64,000 bases of DNA from Haliotis rufescens. Its lineage: Eukaryota. A program made the position numbers and the translations under genes. Shown in pieces: positions 37,801 through 49,618 of this stretch. Positions within the stretch are counted from its first letter, which is position 1. The number at the start of each line of letters is the position of its first letter. Location of the stretch: contig NW_025963817.1 in NCBI RefSeq assembly GCF_023055435.1, forward strand, positions 1-64,000, in the 5' to 3' direction. The notes beneath the pieces are model-generated. The model was not told the origin of the DNA. It saw only the letters and a list, made by a program, of their open reading frames with translations, and searched no databases.

Positions 37801-40800
37801 GGGCCACTGCAGACATTGTTGGCGTCGTTTAGTATGGGCCCAACATAGCACAACGATATCTGATTCCAGCCCCTCTTAGACGAAGACGAACTGTGTCGGC
37901 TTACATGTGGACCTTGAATGGTTGCACCTGTCTGTATTGCTCGTCACTGTCAGTCACACACGTAATAGTCCTGCACTGGAGTACTGACCCTCGGCGGCAC
38001 AGTACAAGGCTGGTGTTGGACACTGGCTTTCTGTGGATGCCTTGTGACCAATCTGGGGATGGTAGACACATGACACCCAAAGTGCCTCGCCACTGCAGTT
38101 GATGTTAATCCTGCCTGTAGCATCCAGACAGCAACGCCTCTTTGGAGTTCAGTTAATGGAACCTTGTTTCCTGAACCTTTTCAAAGTCAAGTGTGAAATG
38201 TTGGTGTTTTGTTTTTTTATATGGTGAAAAGGGGGAAAATGCACACATTTCTGCATGTGCTTTGTGCTGCATGAAATGACTGCGTTCCGGAGACATGCTC
38301 AAAGTGAATGATGTAAATAGTGAACAGTGTTTCTTCAATGCATCTCTTTATGTTTGGAGAGAGAGAGGGGGGGAGGGAGGGAGGGAGTTTTTCCTTTGGC
38401 GAGGTCTGGTTCTGGTTTTACAATAAGGGCTAGCATCTTTATATCCAAACACACAGTCTTTTTTTCTTTTAGCAGAGGATTCTCACTAGTACTTTGAGGG
38501 AAATCTGAAGCAAGACTAATAATGTAAATTACTTGCATGCATATATGATCCAGTATCTGGCACCTGGTAAGGCCCTGTTGTCCTGCCTGTTTCAGAGTGT
38601 ATGATGGGACCCACCGAACCCAGGAGGAGCTGGAGAAACATGCCCTCGCGTGCTACCAGAACCTGGTCGTCCTGGAGACGGGGCTGCAAGACAGACAGTA
38701 CCTGGTCAGAATCTCTCTCTCCATTTTACATAGTGGTTTCTCATTCAGTGCTGAGTAGAAGTATAATGTGCTTTGAGTAGTATCTTGCTTACTAGTTTTG
38801 TTTGGAATTAAGATTCTTAGTTTTGTCTGACATTTCTAAAGCAGGACAAATTCTTCTTTCGTTGGTCTTTAGTCTTGTCAATCTCATTCAAATCAGATCT
38901 TTGTTCTCGATACCGCTAAGCAGATCAGAGGAAATCCTATTACAGCTCATGTCACAATGACCTTTCAGGGACTTTGACCAACCAATTAAATGACCAACAA
39001 GAAGTGGACATTATCCAATCAGAAAGCAGCTTTTTGAGCTTTACAGCACTAGTTTCAAACTTCCCTGGGCAACGCTTTGAAAAATATTTGGACAAAGTTC
39101 TCAATTTAGAAGTGGACGACTGAACAAAATAACATTCTGTAATGTCTAATAGATGGCCAAGATTGTAAGGTAGTTCTCCTAGGGGCTGTTCCGTTTCAAA
39201 TGTTTATCCAACGGAAGCGAGATGCAGGGAACTATTTTGACAGAATCAGTCATACGGCTCACAACTGTTGTTTGAAATACCCCGTGTTAACCCTTTTGAG
39301 GTTGCCTGATTAGGAAATACATTCCAAATATCACATTCCTAATCAGGTAAGCGAGGCTCTGATTGGTCGGCTGAAAGGTCGTTGTGACTTGACCTGTAAT
39401 GGGATGTCTTCAGATCCTTGTTTAGCGGTAGCAAAAACTAAGATGAAACTAATAACTAAATTATTACACTTGTGTCGTACTGATTTTATTAAACTCGTGT
39501 AAGAGTTCTAGTATATCCCTCTGGAAATAGAAGAATTCTGACACTGATTTCGTAAAATCAGTATGACACATACTCGTATGATTTCTACAATCAGAGCTCC
39601 AGATAAGCTTTTGGTGTTGTGGGTATTTAACCCATGCATTTTAAAATCATTGGGTATCAGTAATTACCCACTAGTTTTTACACATGTGGGTATTTAAGTT
39701 AAATTTTTAAAAACACTATTCATCTAGTCCCTGCAAACTGGTGTTGTGTAGGTTCGAGAGCTTTATAGGACTCAAAAATAGCACGATACTTCCACAAGAA
39801 AGTGTGATGGCAAATGATCATGATGTAACTGTCATTGTGAAGTTTGGCAAGGTTGACGGAATGCCCGTTTATATTTTCAAAATAAGTTTCTGATTTGCTA
39901 ATCGAATACGCAGGATTTTATTTTACTGCGTATTTCTGCATTTCTGATGCGTATTTTACGCAGATACGCATCTTATCTGGAGCTCTGTACATACATATGT
40001 CCAGATTGATCAGTGTCAGCTCGATATGTTTAGGTTGGAGACAGATTCACAGTGGCCGATTTGACAGTTTTGCCCCGAGTTCGGATGTTCTTTGTCAGTG
40101 GGCTACCATTCACAGACAAGCACTTCCCCAATATTGTCCGATATTTAAAAAACTTGGAGGGTAGACTGTCCTTCAAGGCAAGTGAGAAAACCATGGTACG
40201 CTTTTCAAACACCATCATGACCAAAGCCCCATGGCTGCTCGTCGGACTGAGTAACTTCAAGTGTGGCACAAAACACAAGCGCTTTGATGGAAGTCCACAC
40301 ATAGACAGGTATGGATGTTGAAAGTTCTGAATCATAGTTAATAAGTTTCCTTTTTTATACAAAATTATTATCACTTTGTCATCTCACCTGACTGAAAAGA
40401 CAAGGGGGCTTCTGTCATGGACTGTTTGTCAGTCATTGCATCATTAGCAAGAGGTTAGAATCCAAAGTTCAATATGGCCGCCATGGAAGTCAATTCTGTT
40501 GGACAGTATCTGTACTTGTCAAGCTGTCACCGCAGTGGTTGTAGCCTCACAATAACTGGGGGATATTATCCCCTGCTACGAAGTGGAAGGGGATATAGTA
40601 ATTGGTGCTGTCCATCCTTCCTTCAGTCTGTCAAAAACCATGAGAGATATCTTAACCAAACTTGGCACATAGATAGGTCTAATGGTGATCTGGTGCCTTT
40701 TGATAGTTTTGGATTTTTGAAAATTTATTTTTTCGACTTTCCATGGCAACGACTTTGACTAAGACTGAAAATTGTGGTAGTGCTCCTTTCTTGAGCAGAT

Positions 40801-43800
40801 CTTGAAAAATGTACAAATTTCTTGCCTTGAACACAACCGGACATGTCATATTGGCGGGGGATATGAATATTTCATGCTTGGTTAGACCTGCCATAAGGTC
40901 GATATTTGGCCACAAAAATACAACAAATGTCATTAAAAAATTCCTACATTTGTATTGAAAAATTTCAATTTTTTGTTATAATAATTATGATAGTTGCAAC
41001 TATTGTTATGGCTTTGCAGAAGTGGCATGTGTTTCATTGATAACTGGACCAAGAGAGAGGAGAAGGATTTTCATCATGCATTGAATTCATTGCTAAAATG
41101 AATTGTTGCAGTGACTCTGAATTTAAGAAAATATGACTTTAGAAAAATCCAAATTATGAACAAAACATTGATTTATTCAGAATTTGCCTGCAACAGGCAC
41201 TTTGTTTGTAGGCCTATACGAACCCCCTACAATAGTGTGTTTACCTATCTCAATACCATTGCAATCGTTGTTGTTTGGTCTCAGGGCTATAGGAGAGACA
41301 GAGGCAAGCACCAAGTCCCTGATCGAGGCAAGCACCAAGTCCCTGATCCAGGCAAGCACCAAGTCCCTGGTCCAGGCCAAGCTACCCTACGTCCACAAAG
41401 ATGACATCACCGTCTACAACTACCCCACCTCCACCGAGGTGTGGCAGGTGAAAATACTCCTCAGTGAAAAGGTAAAATGTCCACTCTTCTTGTGTACATG
41501 TTCCTGTTCTCCAAGTATCAGCACATGTATCAGGTCATGATACGATTCATACGATACACATATTTCATTCAATCACGGGGAAATGTCTTGGCTATAAAGA
41601 TTTCAGTGCTCCTTTCCAGAGCAGATCTTGAAAACTGTATAATATTTCTTCACCAAACTTGGCACATACATAGGTCTATTGGTAAACTGGTGCCTTTTAA
41701 TAGTTTGTCATTTCGGAGAATTTCTTTTTGAGTTTCCATAGCAACAACTGTGACTTAGACTGAAAATGGCGGTAGTGCTTGTTTCTGGAGCAGATCTTGA
41801 AAAACGTAATATATTTCTTGCTTTGCACACAACCAGACATGTCATATTGGTGGGGGATGTGAGTATTTCATGCTTGTTAAAAAAAATTTATTTGAGGTTT
41901 GGGGACATTTGCACAGATCACCTGTCATTCTGATCCATTGTTGGTCATGAATATTGATTGATGGGTCCTCACTATGATTCCTATTGTTTCCATGGAAGGG
42001 TGTGTCCTACAAGAGTGTTGACTGTCCCTTCATCGATCTGATTGGCCGAGCAGCTGGGTCAGGATCAGTGATGAGGATACAACATGGCGGCCGTATGGTG
42101 ACAGGTCCCAGGACCGTCCTGGAGTATCTGGACAAGGCTTTTAGTGGCAAAAGTAGGTATCTCAGTTTGTTGTGAAAGTACACTTGGAGTAAGTAAGGTT
42201 TTTCCTAAACTGAAAGATTTAACAGATATATTACTAAGTTATGGTAATTTGAAATTTAATAAAAAAAATTGTTAATTTTAATATATTTGTTTCATTTGGC
42301 ATTCGTCATGAGTTGATGTGATAAGCGGCCAAAGAAATGAAGCATTATATATCTATTTTGTTCAATCAGAGGTTAGTTCCCTTCATAAGGGTTTTGTAGT
42401 GGTCAGAGACTATATGAAATGTATATAATTATTTTCTGTTAGATGTTTGTAGATGCATCTTTTCATCAAATCTCATTAAAATCCAATCTTTGTTCACGCT
42501 ATCGCTGAACAAAGATCTGAGGACATCCCATTATGGGTCCCGTCAGAACGACCTTTAATGCGACAAATCAGAGCATTGCTTACCAGATTGGGAAAATGAC
42601 AGTCAGAATGTGTTTTCTAATCATGCAAGCTCAAAAAGGGTTAACACAGGGTATTCCGAACAAAAGTTATGGGCTGTAAGACTGATTCCATCATCGATTC
42701 GTCATCATATGATTCGTCATCTATCGTACGCTTTGATAGGATAAAGGTTTGAAACATAAGAGACTTGCCATAGACTATGGGAGTAATGCCACACAATCTT
42801 GGCCATCTGTTAGATATTCAAGAATGATCTTTAGTTCAGTTTTAAAATTTTGAATCACTAAGTTTTCAATATTTGGTATACTTTCTAATGTGTAAGTCGT
42901 GGCTAACGACTTTCACTTGGTTGACATACAATGAGGATTTGCAGATTTTATTGTTTTCAGTAGCTAGTCGTATATTGAATCTTGAATGACCGCCATTTTG
43001 CTTTCTGTGACGATCGATATCAAATTTTTTTATGGTCAATAAATAAGTACAGATGAAAATAGTATTCAAATAACTATTGCTATCAACGATATTTTAGTAT
43101 TTGTGATTATATTATCTGTCTTGTTTTTAAATAATCTTTAGTTTAAAAAAATCTTTTCCCGTGAGGTCACGTGATAACCAAATATGGGATAATAGTCTCG
43201 ATCCAAATGTTACAACGCGTACACTTGAGCAGACTCATGAATATAACTCATAAATATTAATTAGACCGTTCGTTACGTTAACAGATCGTTATTATAACAG
43301 AAACAAACGTATGTTTTCCATGTATATCTAAAATGATATTTTTTTTTATTAATTGTCCGGTGAATTAAACAATTTAAATTGAAACAATTCATAATTCATC
43401 ATATTATGAATACGTAACAACTTGTAATGTGTGTGAAAAGTCGTACTAAAATACGCTTTTTGAAGGGGGCGTGGCCTAAATGCAAATGTCCGATTGGGAT
43501 TTTAAATTTTCCGGACCCCTGCTTTCTATAGTGTTGGTGGATGGGGGTGTAGCAATATTGTAAGATGCAATCTTTTCTTCTTCCTTACCACGTTGTTATG
43601 GTTACAGAACTGTTGCCGGACAATCCAGAACAGAGGTCACAAGTGCAGTGTTGGCAGGCTTGGGAACAAACCATGTACTTCAATGAGTTAGCTCCCCTTG
43701 TTGAAATGTGCATTGTCTCTAAGGTTATGGTACTCAGGTAATTTATCTATGAAACGTACTGGAAATAATTTATTGTCTATATTTGAGGGCGGTGTGGTAG

Positions 43801-45091
43801 CCTAGTGGTTAAAGCGTTTTCTCGTCACGCCGAAGACCCGGGTTCGATTCCCCAAATGGGTACAATGTGTAAAGCCCATTTTCTGGTGTCCCCCTCCGTG
43901 ATATTGCTGAAATATTGCTCAAAGTCAGCGTAAAACCACTCACTCACTCACTCACTCACTCACTCACTTGCTCACTCACTCACTCACTCACTCACTCACT
44001 CACTCTATTTGAAATATTAATCTTTTTACCCAAAATTGTAAACAAATTTACTCAAACCCTTTTGTGATGGGAGTCAAAGTGTGGAGGAGTAAGTTTTCTG
44101 TCGCTGTGAACGGTATTTCAGGGGATGTCAACTTGATGTAGAATAACCATTAAATGATGGTGGTCATAGAGGTCTTTTAACTTTTGGTGGATGTTAGTTG
44201 TCCAAATATCAAGAATAATAATCAGGGTGAATTTCAGATTTGAAATCACAATCACAGGATCTTTAATGCCAAAGGGAAGCAACTCTGCACAGCGAAGTCA
44301 AAGTTAAAGGATTAGTTTGATAACACAGGGAACTTTAGGGACGGGAGGAGCATCATTCAAAGACAAATAACTTGTTCTAGATGACACAATCCGATTATAT
44401 CTTGTTTTTTTTGTGAACATATTTTACACATTTATGTTTTATGAATGACAATTAGACTTATAGTAACCTATGATAAGTTCACTTAAAGCAAAGTTAGGAA
44501 TTATGCTAAAAAATGGATGCATATTATCAGTTTTCATTGCGAACAATTGATGTTATTCTATGTGAACTGGAAACACTGCAAGCTGTTGTAGCGAGCTTAG
44601 GATGTAAGGAATAATGTCTAACATTTAAGATGCAAGAATGCTACTATCTTTGTGATGACTAAGCCTCAAAATATATGCAAGTTATGGTGCGATACGACAG
44701 GTACGAGGAGCACCTGGACGAGCTGCTGTCACTGAGAGGTAACCCCACGTACCACGCCAAGTTCAACAGCATCCTCAGGTGTTTCATGATGGGGTAAGTC
44801 CTGCCCCAGCATCACAAGTACATGGGTCGCACTCTGTCAGTCACAGTGGGACTTCAGTATCATCTTGAAATCTCCATCAAAGTCTGCTGACCATCTCCGT
44901 GGTCTAGTGTGTCTTGCCTGGAGAGTTTGGCATAGAACAGGCACACACAGACACAGAGACAGGCATACACTCACACACACATGCACACATACACACACAT
45001 ACACACATATATATATACACGCACACACAGACATACACACACAGAGACACAAAGGCGCGCACACACACATAGAGACACATACACAGGCATG

Positions 45092-45122
<31 letters not shown>

Positions 45123-47470
45123 TCACGTACACACAGACATACATACACACAGAGACACATACACAGGCATGCACGCACACATACAGACACACACACAGAC
45201 ACTCACGTACACACAGAGACACATACACAGGCACGCGCACACATACAGACACACACAGAGAAACATACACAGGGGGCGGTCGGGTAGCCTAGTAGTTAAA
45301 GCGTTCGCTCGTCATGCCGAAGACCCGGGTTCGAATCCCGACATGGGTACAATGTGTGAAGCCCATTTCTGGTGTCCCCCGCCGTGATATTGCTGGAATA
45401 TTGCTAAAAGCGGCGTAAAACCAAACTCACTCACTCACTCACTCACATACACAGGCATAGAAACACAGACACATACAGACACAGACAGAGACACTCATGC
45501 ACACACAGACACATACACAGGCACGCACACACACACACATACAGACACACACAAACAGAGACACTCACGCACACACAAACATACACACACAGAGACACAT
45601 ACACTTGCACACACACNNNNNNNNNNNNNNNNNNNNNNNNNNNNNNNNNNNNNNNNNNNNNNNNNNNNNNNNNNNNNNNNNNNNNNNNNNNNNNNNNNNN
45701 NNNNNNNNNNNNNNNNNNNNNNNNNNNNNNNNNNNNNNNNNNNNNNNNNNATATCATTTATAACAGGCTTGTGATTTGTTTAAACAACATATCAGGCAGC
45801 GATTTTTCATACAGATGAGGTCACGATTGTGAAAGTAGATCCAGGGCGAACTCAGATTGGTTGTTTCATGCTCACGACTGAGAGAAATTTGTGTGCTAAG
45901 ATTGAGCTGCTGAAACTGGTGGCAAACTGGGCCAGGATTTTTATCAGAATAGAATGGAGATATAATAAAATGGATCATCAAGGATAGCTGAATTTTACTA
46001 ATTTCCATTTGTTTGATAACGAGGGCATTTATAAATTAGGTAATAAAATTACAAATGTTACCTTAAAGCTTTTGATTTTCCTGCCCAATTTGTTTTGTTT
46101 TTCTTCTACTGAACAATGCCAGACCCATACATTTTTGTGTTTTACAGACAAAACTACCTAAATTTAGGTAAAGTAAACAACAATACTTGGAAATAGAAAT
46201 AAAAACCCAAAATATACTTTTTTGTAAATGTTGAAAATATTCTTGTTTTCATTTTTGCTACAACTCATTTAGGAAATTTGTGGGAAATTTGCCTCAACAT
46301 TTTTTAGATTACGAGAGGACAGTCCCTGTTGGCCCCAGCTGACGAGAGACTATGGACATTTGATGGACACTAATATGGACAGGAGGAAGAAGAAGGAACT
46401 AACATTTGAGTTACTTCACATCCGTCTCCAGCATCTCGAGGCATCGCTACAGGTGGGTGGCAGGGAGTGTCACATGTGTTTATTGTGTGGTACGTTTTCT
46501 GGTTTGGTTTGGTTTGGTTTGGTTTGTTGTTTAACCCCGCACTCAGCAATACTCCAGCTATATGTGGCAATCTGTGAATAATCGAGTCTGGACCAGACAA
46601 TCAAGATATTGATATCATGAGCATCGATCCGATCATCGGTCCCAATTGCTTGGATTGATGCTCATGATGTCAATCACTGGATTGTCTGGTCCAGACTCGA
46701 TTATTTACAGACCGTTGTCATATAGCTGGAATATTGCTAAGTGCGGTGTTAAACAACAAACAAACAAACAAACCTGTGTGTGGGGTCACATTTCAAATTT
46801 TTCATTCATTTCAATGAGGTAAGGAGGTCATATTTTAAATTACCGTATTCGACGTAATAAGCGCCCCACTCAAATAAGTGCCCACGGCGACATTTGCTGA
46901 TATACTGGCTAGTGAACAATCCCAATTAGCAGCCCTTCCAATTGATCAATATACACAAGACTTATTTATTCATGTTTATTACCCACCAGTGTGTTATATG
47001 CACCCTTAATTATGGGCAATTAAATTCTGGAAAATATATCTGTCGCGTGTAATACACAGAGACTTTTCTCTTGTATCATTACAAGCTGTCAGCATAAACC
47101 ACGAAATTTACAATCTTTCAACTCTGGGTTTTTTTCACCAAAATTGTATTCTAATAAGAGCCCCCTATTTCTAATTTTGAGAGTGCCCTGGGCGCTTATT
47201 ACGTCGAATACAGTATGTTTATTTGGCAGGTTTAATGATCTACCACTGGTGACCTATAGTAATGTATTCCAGGACAAGACCTACCTGGTTGGAGAGAACC
47301 TGTCTCTGGCAGACATCTGCGTGTTCTCTCGCCTGGCCCTGTTTGCCCACGTGGGGATGAAGATCTCGGCAGACAGGTACCCCTCTGTTGCCACCTGGCT
47401 GGTCCGGCTGCAGACCAGGCAGCCATTCTCTGACTGTATCGACTTCCTCAACAAAATCTTCCATATATAG
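31819..47470 (+). CDS. Tandem two-module glutathione S-transferase-like protein, 612 aa, 13 coding exons
   Basis: Exons 31819-31883, 33044-33152, 33691-33789, 35055-35201, 36859-36986, 38596-38704, 40034-40308, 41285-41471, 41999-42152, 43608-43737, 44701-44793, 46308-46452, 47273-47470. All introns are GT-AG and phase-consistent (1839 nt). Module 1: [49 protein letters not shown]. Module 2: [43 protein letters not shown]. Confidence 0.9.
32683..33020. mobile_element. MITE (aggct...ggttctcaggca termini); inverted copy at 47845-48184
   Basis: The two copies are reverse complements over about 330 bp, with imperfect TIRs. Confidence 0.75.
33265..33528 (-). mobile_element. SINE family A (GST intron 2)
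   Basis: Matches the family-A consensus over its full length. Confidence 0.88.
35208..35448 (-). mobile_element. SINE family A (GST intron 4) with a 13-bp TSD overlapping the splice donor
   Basis: TSD tgt(t/c)gatgtaaga at 35195-35207 and 35449-35461. Confidence 0.88.
36246..36671. mobile_element. MITE family E (GST intron 4)
   Basis: TIRs present; TSD ctcaaa(a/t)cc. Confidence 0.82.
37090..38260 (-). mobile_element. Decayed Tc1 (DD34E) transposon in intron 5 of the GST gene
   Basis: Minus-strand remnant [42 protein letters not shown] has 34 residues between D and E. The frame is broken upstream. Boundaries are approximate. Confidence 0.85.
39592..39987. mobile_element. hAT-like MITE with 16-bp perfect TIR CAGAGCTCCAGATAAG
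   Basis: TIRs at 39592-39607 and 39972-39987; TSD not preserved. Confidence 0.7.
40565..40900. mobile_element. Helentron/HINE-like repeat (related units at 41560-41878 and possibly 1-150)
   Basis: Terminal stem tatcccct...ggggata followed by aaacttggcaca units; 1-30 carries gaccttgacc...caaggtca. Family assignment is inference. Confidence 0.55.
43786..44005 (+). mobile_element. tRNA-derived SINE, family B (GST intron 10)
   Basis: A and B boxes, long (ACTC)n tail, short TSD tatttga. Confidence 0.88.
44940..45616. repeat. (CA)n-rich compound microsatellite interrupted by a SINE
   Basis: acacacag/acatacac repeats running into the gap at 45617. Confidence 0.9.
45272..45445 (+). mobile_element. 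tRNA-derived SINE, family B, inserted in the CA-rich repeat
   Basis: Near-identical to the other family-B copies. Confidence 0.88.
46500..46772. mobile_element. Two inverted partial family-A SINEs (fold-back)
   Basis: 3' halves in opposite orientation with the tails pointing outward. Confidence 0.85.
46843..47213. mobile_element. Tc1/mariner-type (TA TSD) MITE, CCGTATT termini; inverted copy at 49693-50035
   Basis: TA-ccgtattcgacgtaataagcgccc...gggcgcttattacgtcgaatacag-TA. Confidence 0.85.
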
Positions 47471-48518
47471 AGAAATGTAGATGACTGACTGATGTTCACC
47501 TTGTCCATGACACAGTCTTTACATGGAATGGCTTGTCAGGGTTTGCATATCTTTCAGTCATAATCACCATTATTATTCACAGAACCATTTTTCAAATTAT
47601 TTACATAGTCTATCATCACTTTACACATTCCTTTCTACCATGACATTTTAAAATCCTGTATTCTGATTGGTCCGGCAGGAGTAGCAAATCCGCTTCAGAC
47701 CATAATTTTGCTGATGGCCACAAAAGAATATTAAAGAAAATATTTATTTAAAAATTATTTTTTTTAAAAACAGTTTTCAATTTCACGATCTGATTGTACT
47801 TAATAAATGCTGCAAAATACAATATTGTGGGTTGTGGAGTATTTAAGGCTTAAAAAATTAAAAGAATTGGTTCTCAGGCAATGGTTTTTGAAAATATAGT
47901 GCGGGGGTGTCTTTTTCTTTTTTTTGTTCAAACTAGTATGTTACTAATAAACAGTTGTGTAATCAATAACCAATTGTGTACAATCAACCCGGGAAAGGGC
48001 CTCCCTACATAAATGTATTCCTTGATGAGTAAAATACCGGAATACAGTATTTGACTACCATTGGACTTGGAATATTTAAGGATTTTGGTGGTTTTTTTTT
48101 AAAAATGGAAATAAAAACGTACGGTGAACTTTATGATGAAGCGGGCGGTGCCTGAGAACCAAGAATATTATTTTTTGAAGCCTAATACAAGTGTGGCAAT
48201 ACATTTTACACATAAAGCCTGATGAAAAATGATTTGGTTAGTATATTGCAAAATATTAATAATAAGATAAGATTGTGTCATCAGTTCTCTTTTGAAAGAG
48301 TATGTGTTTATTTTCTCACTTTGTTTTTGTTTTTAATGTAGGGGTTTCAGACCTATAAGCTGGCACTTTCGTATTCATATGAAATGTGTGGTAATCAAAT
48401 CAACATTGAAAACCTCTAAATTTAAAACACAGTAGCTTTATCTCCTAATAATATATTTTAGTCAGTTAAGCATTGTGTTATCTTGATTTAGTATTTTGTT
48501 TTAGATTTGTTTCTTCTG

Positions 48519-48549
<31 letters not shown>

Positions 48550-48698
48550 AACCTGGTCCAAGTGATCCAAAACAGCATTTCCTGATTTTACACGATCAGC
48601 TTTTGTTTTGTGCCAAGTATGTAAACATCACCAGATACCAAAGGAAAATGTGCATATGATAAACTTTATACATAAGTTCGCTGTGACCTAATATTGTC

Positions 48699-48862
48699 GG
48701 GGCGGTCGGGTAGCCTAGTGGTTAAAGCGTTCGCTTGTCACGCCGAAGACCCGGGTTCGATTCCCAACATGGGTACAATGTGTGAAGCCCATTTCTGGTG
48801 ACCCCCGCCGTGATATTGCTGGAATATTGCTAAAAGCAACGTAAAACCATACTCACTCACTC
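48699..48862 (+). mobile_element. tRNA-derived SINE, family B, full length
   Basis: A box TAGCCTAGTGG, B box GGTTCGATTCC, (ACTC)n tail, flanked by TSD cctaat(a/g)ttgtc. Confidence 0.9.
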
Positions 48863-49359
48863 ACCTAATGTTGTCTTTAATTTCTATTGATTTATGAGTG
48901 TATATGAAATGTATGTCAGTGTGTTACAGAGCTCATGCAGAATTACCTAAACGGTTATTGGAAAAGTAGGCTGTGACTGGATATTGATAATTACACAGGT
49001 TGCATAAATTGCCAAATTACTAGAATTGTTTACAGATTGTGTGAGGGAATGAGAAATATTTTACCTAGTAATGAACATCACAGCATGGACCAGCAACGCT
49101 TGGATCTAAGAGTCTTCAGTGTGAGGAGATTTTAATCTCGAAGCTGCCTTATTGATTATTTTATCAAGTCTTTACAACTTGCATTTAGAGATACTCATCT
49201 ATACAACTTACGTTTAAATTGGCACCAAATTATTTTACTTGGATATCAGGATGAGCTTCACATTGTAGTTTTGTTCTCGAAGTTTCAAAGATGCATTGAA
49301 CTTAATATTGTCTTTTGAATATAAATATATTTGACATGCCCACGTGAAATAAGACCAAA

Positions 49360-49618
49360 CCGTGAAGTTCTGGCTTAGAGTAGGTCTTCAGCAACCCATG
49401 TTTGCCGTAACAGGCGACTATACTTGTCGTGAAAGGCGAGTAACGGGACCGGGTGGTTAGCCTGAGACTTGGTTGATGCATGTCATCGTATCCCTATGGC
49501 GTGGATCGATGCTCATGATGTCAATCACTGGATTACCTGATCCAGACTCGATTATTTACAGACTGACATCATATAGCTGGAATATTGGCAAGTGTGGCGT
49601 TAAACAACAAACAAACAA
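49360..49618 (+). mobile_element. SINE family A
   Basis: Matches the family-A consensus. Confidence 0.85.

Noticed and set aside
44837-45763. Val/Cys-rich and His/Thr-rich ORFs
   Set aside because: Translation of the CA/TG microsatellite inside GST intron 11.
48699-48772. tRNA-Asp-like sequence (also at 8031, 43786 and 45272)
   Set aside because: No acceptor stem; it continues into a SINE body with an (ACTC)n tail and TSDs.
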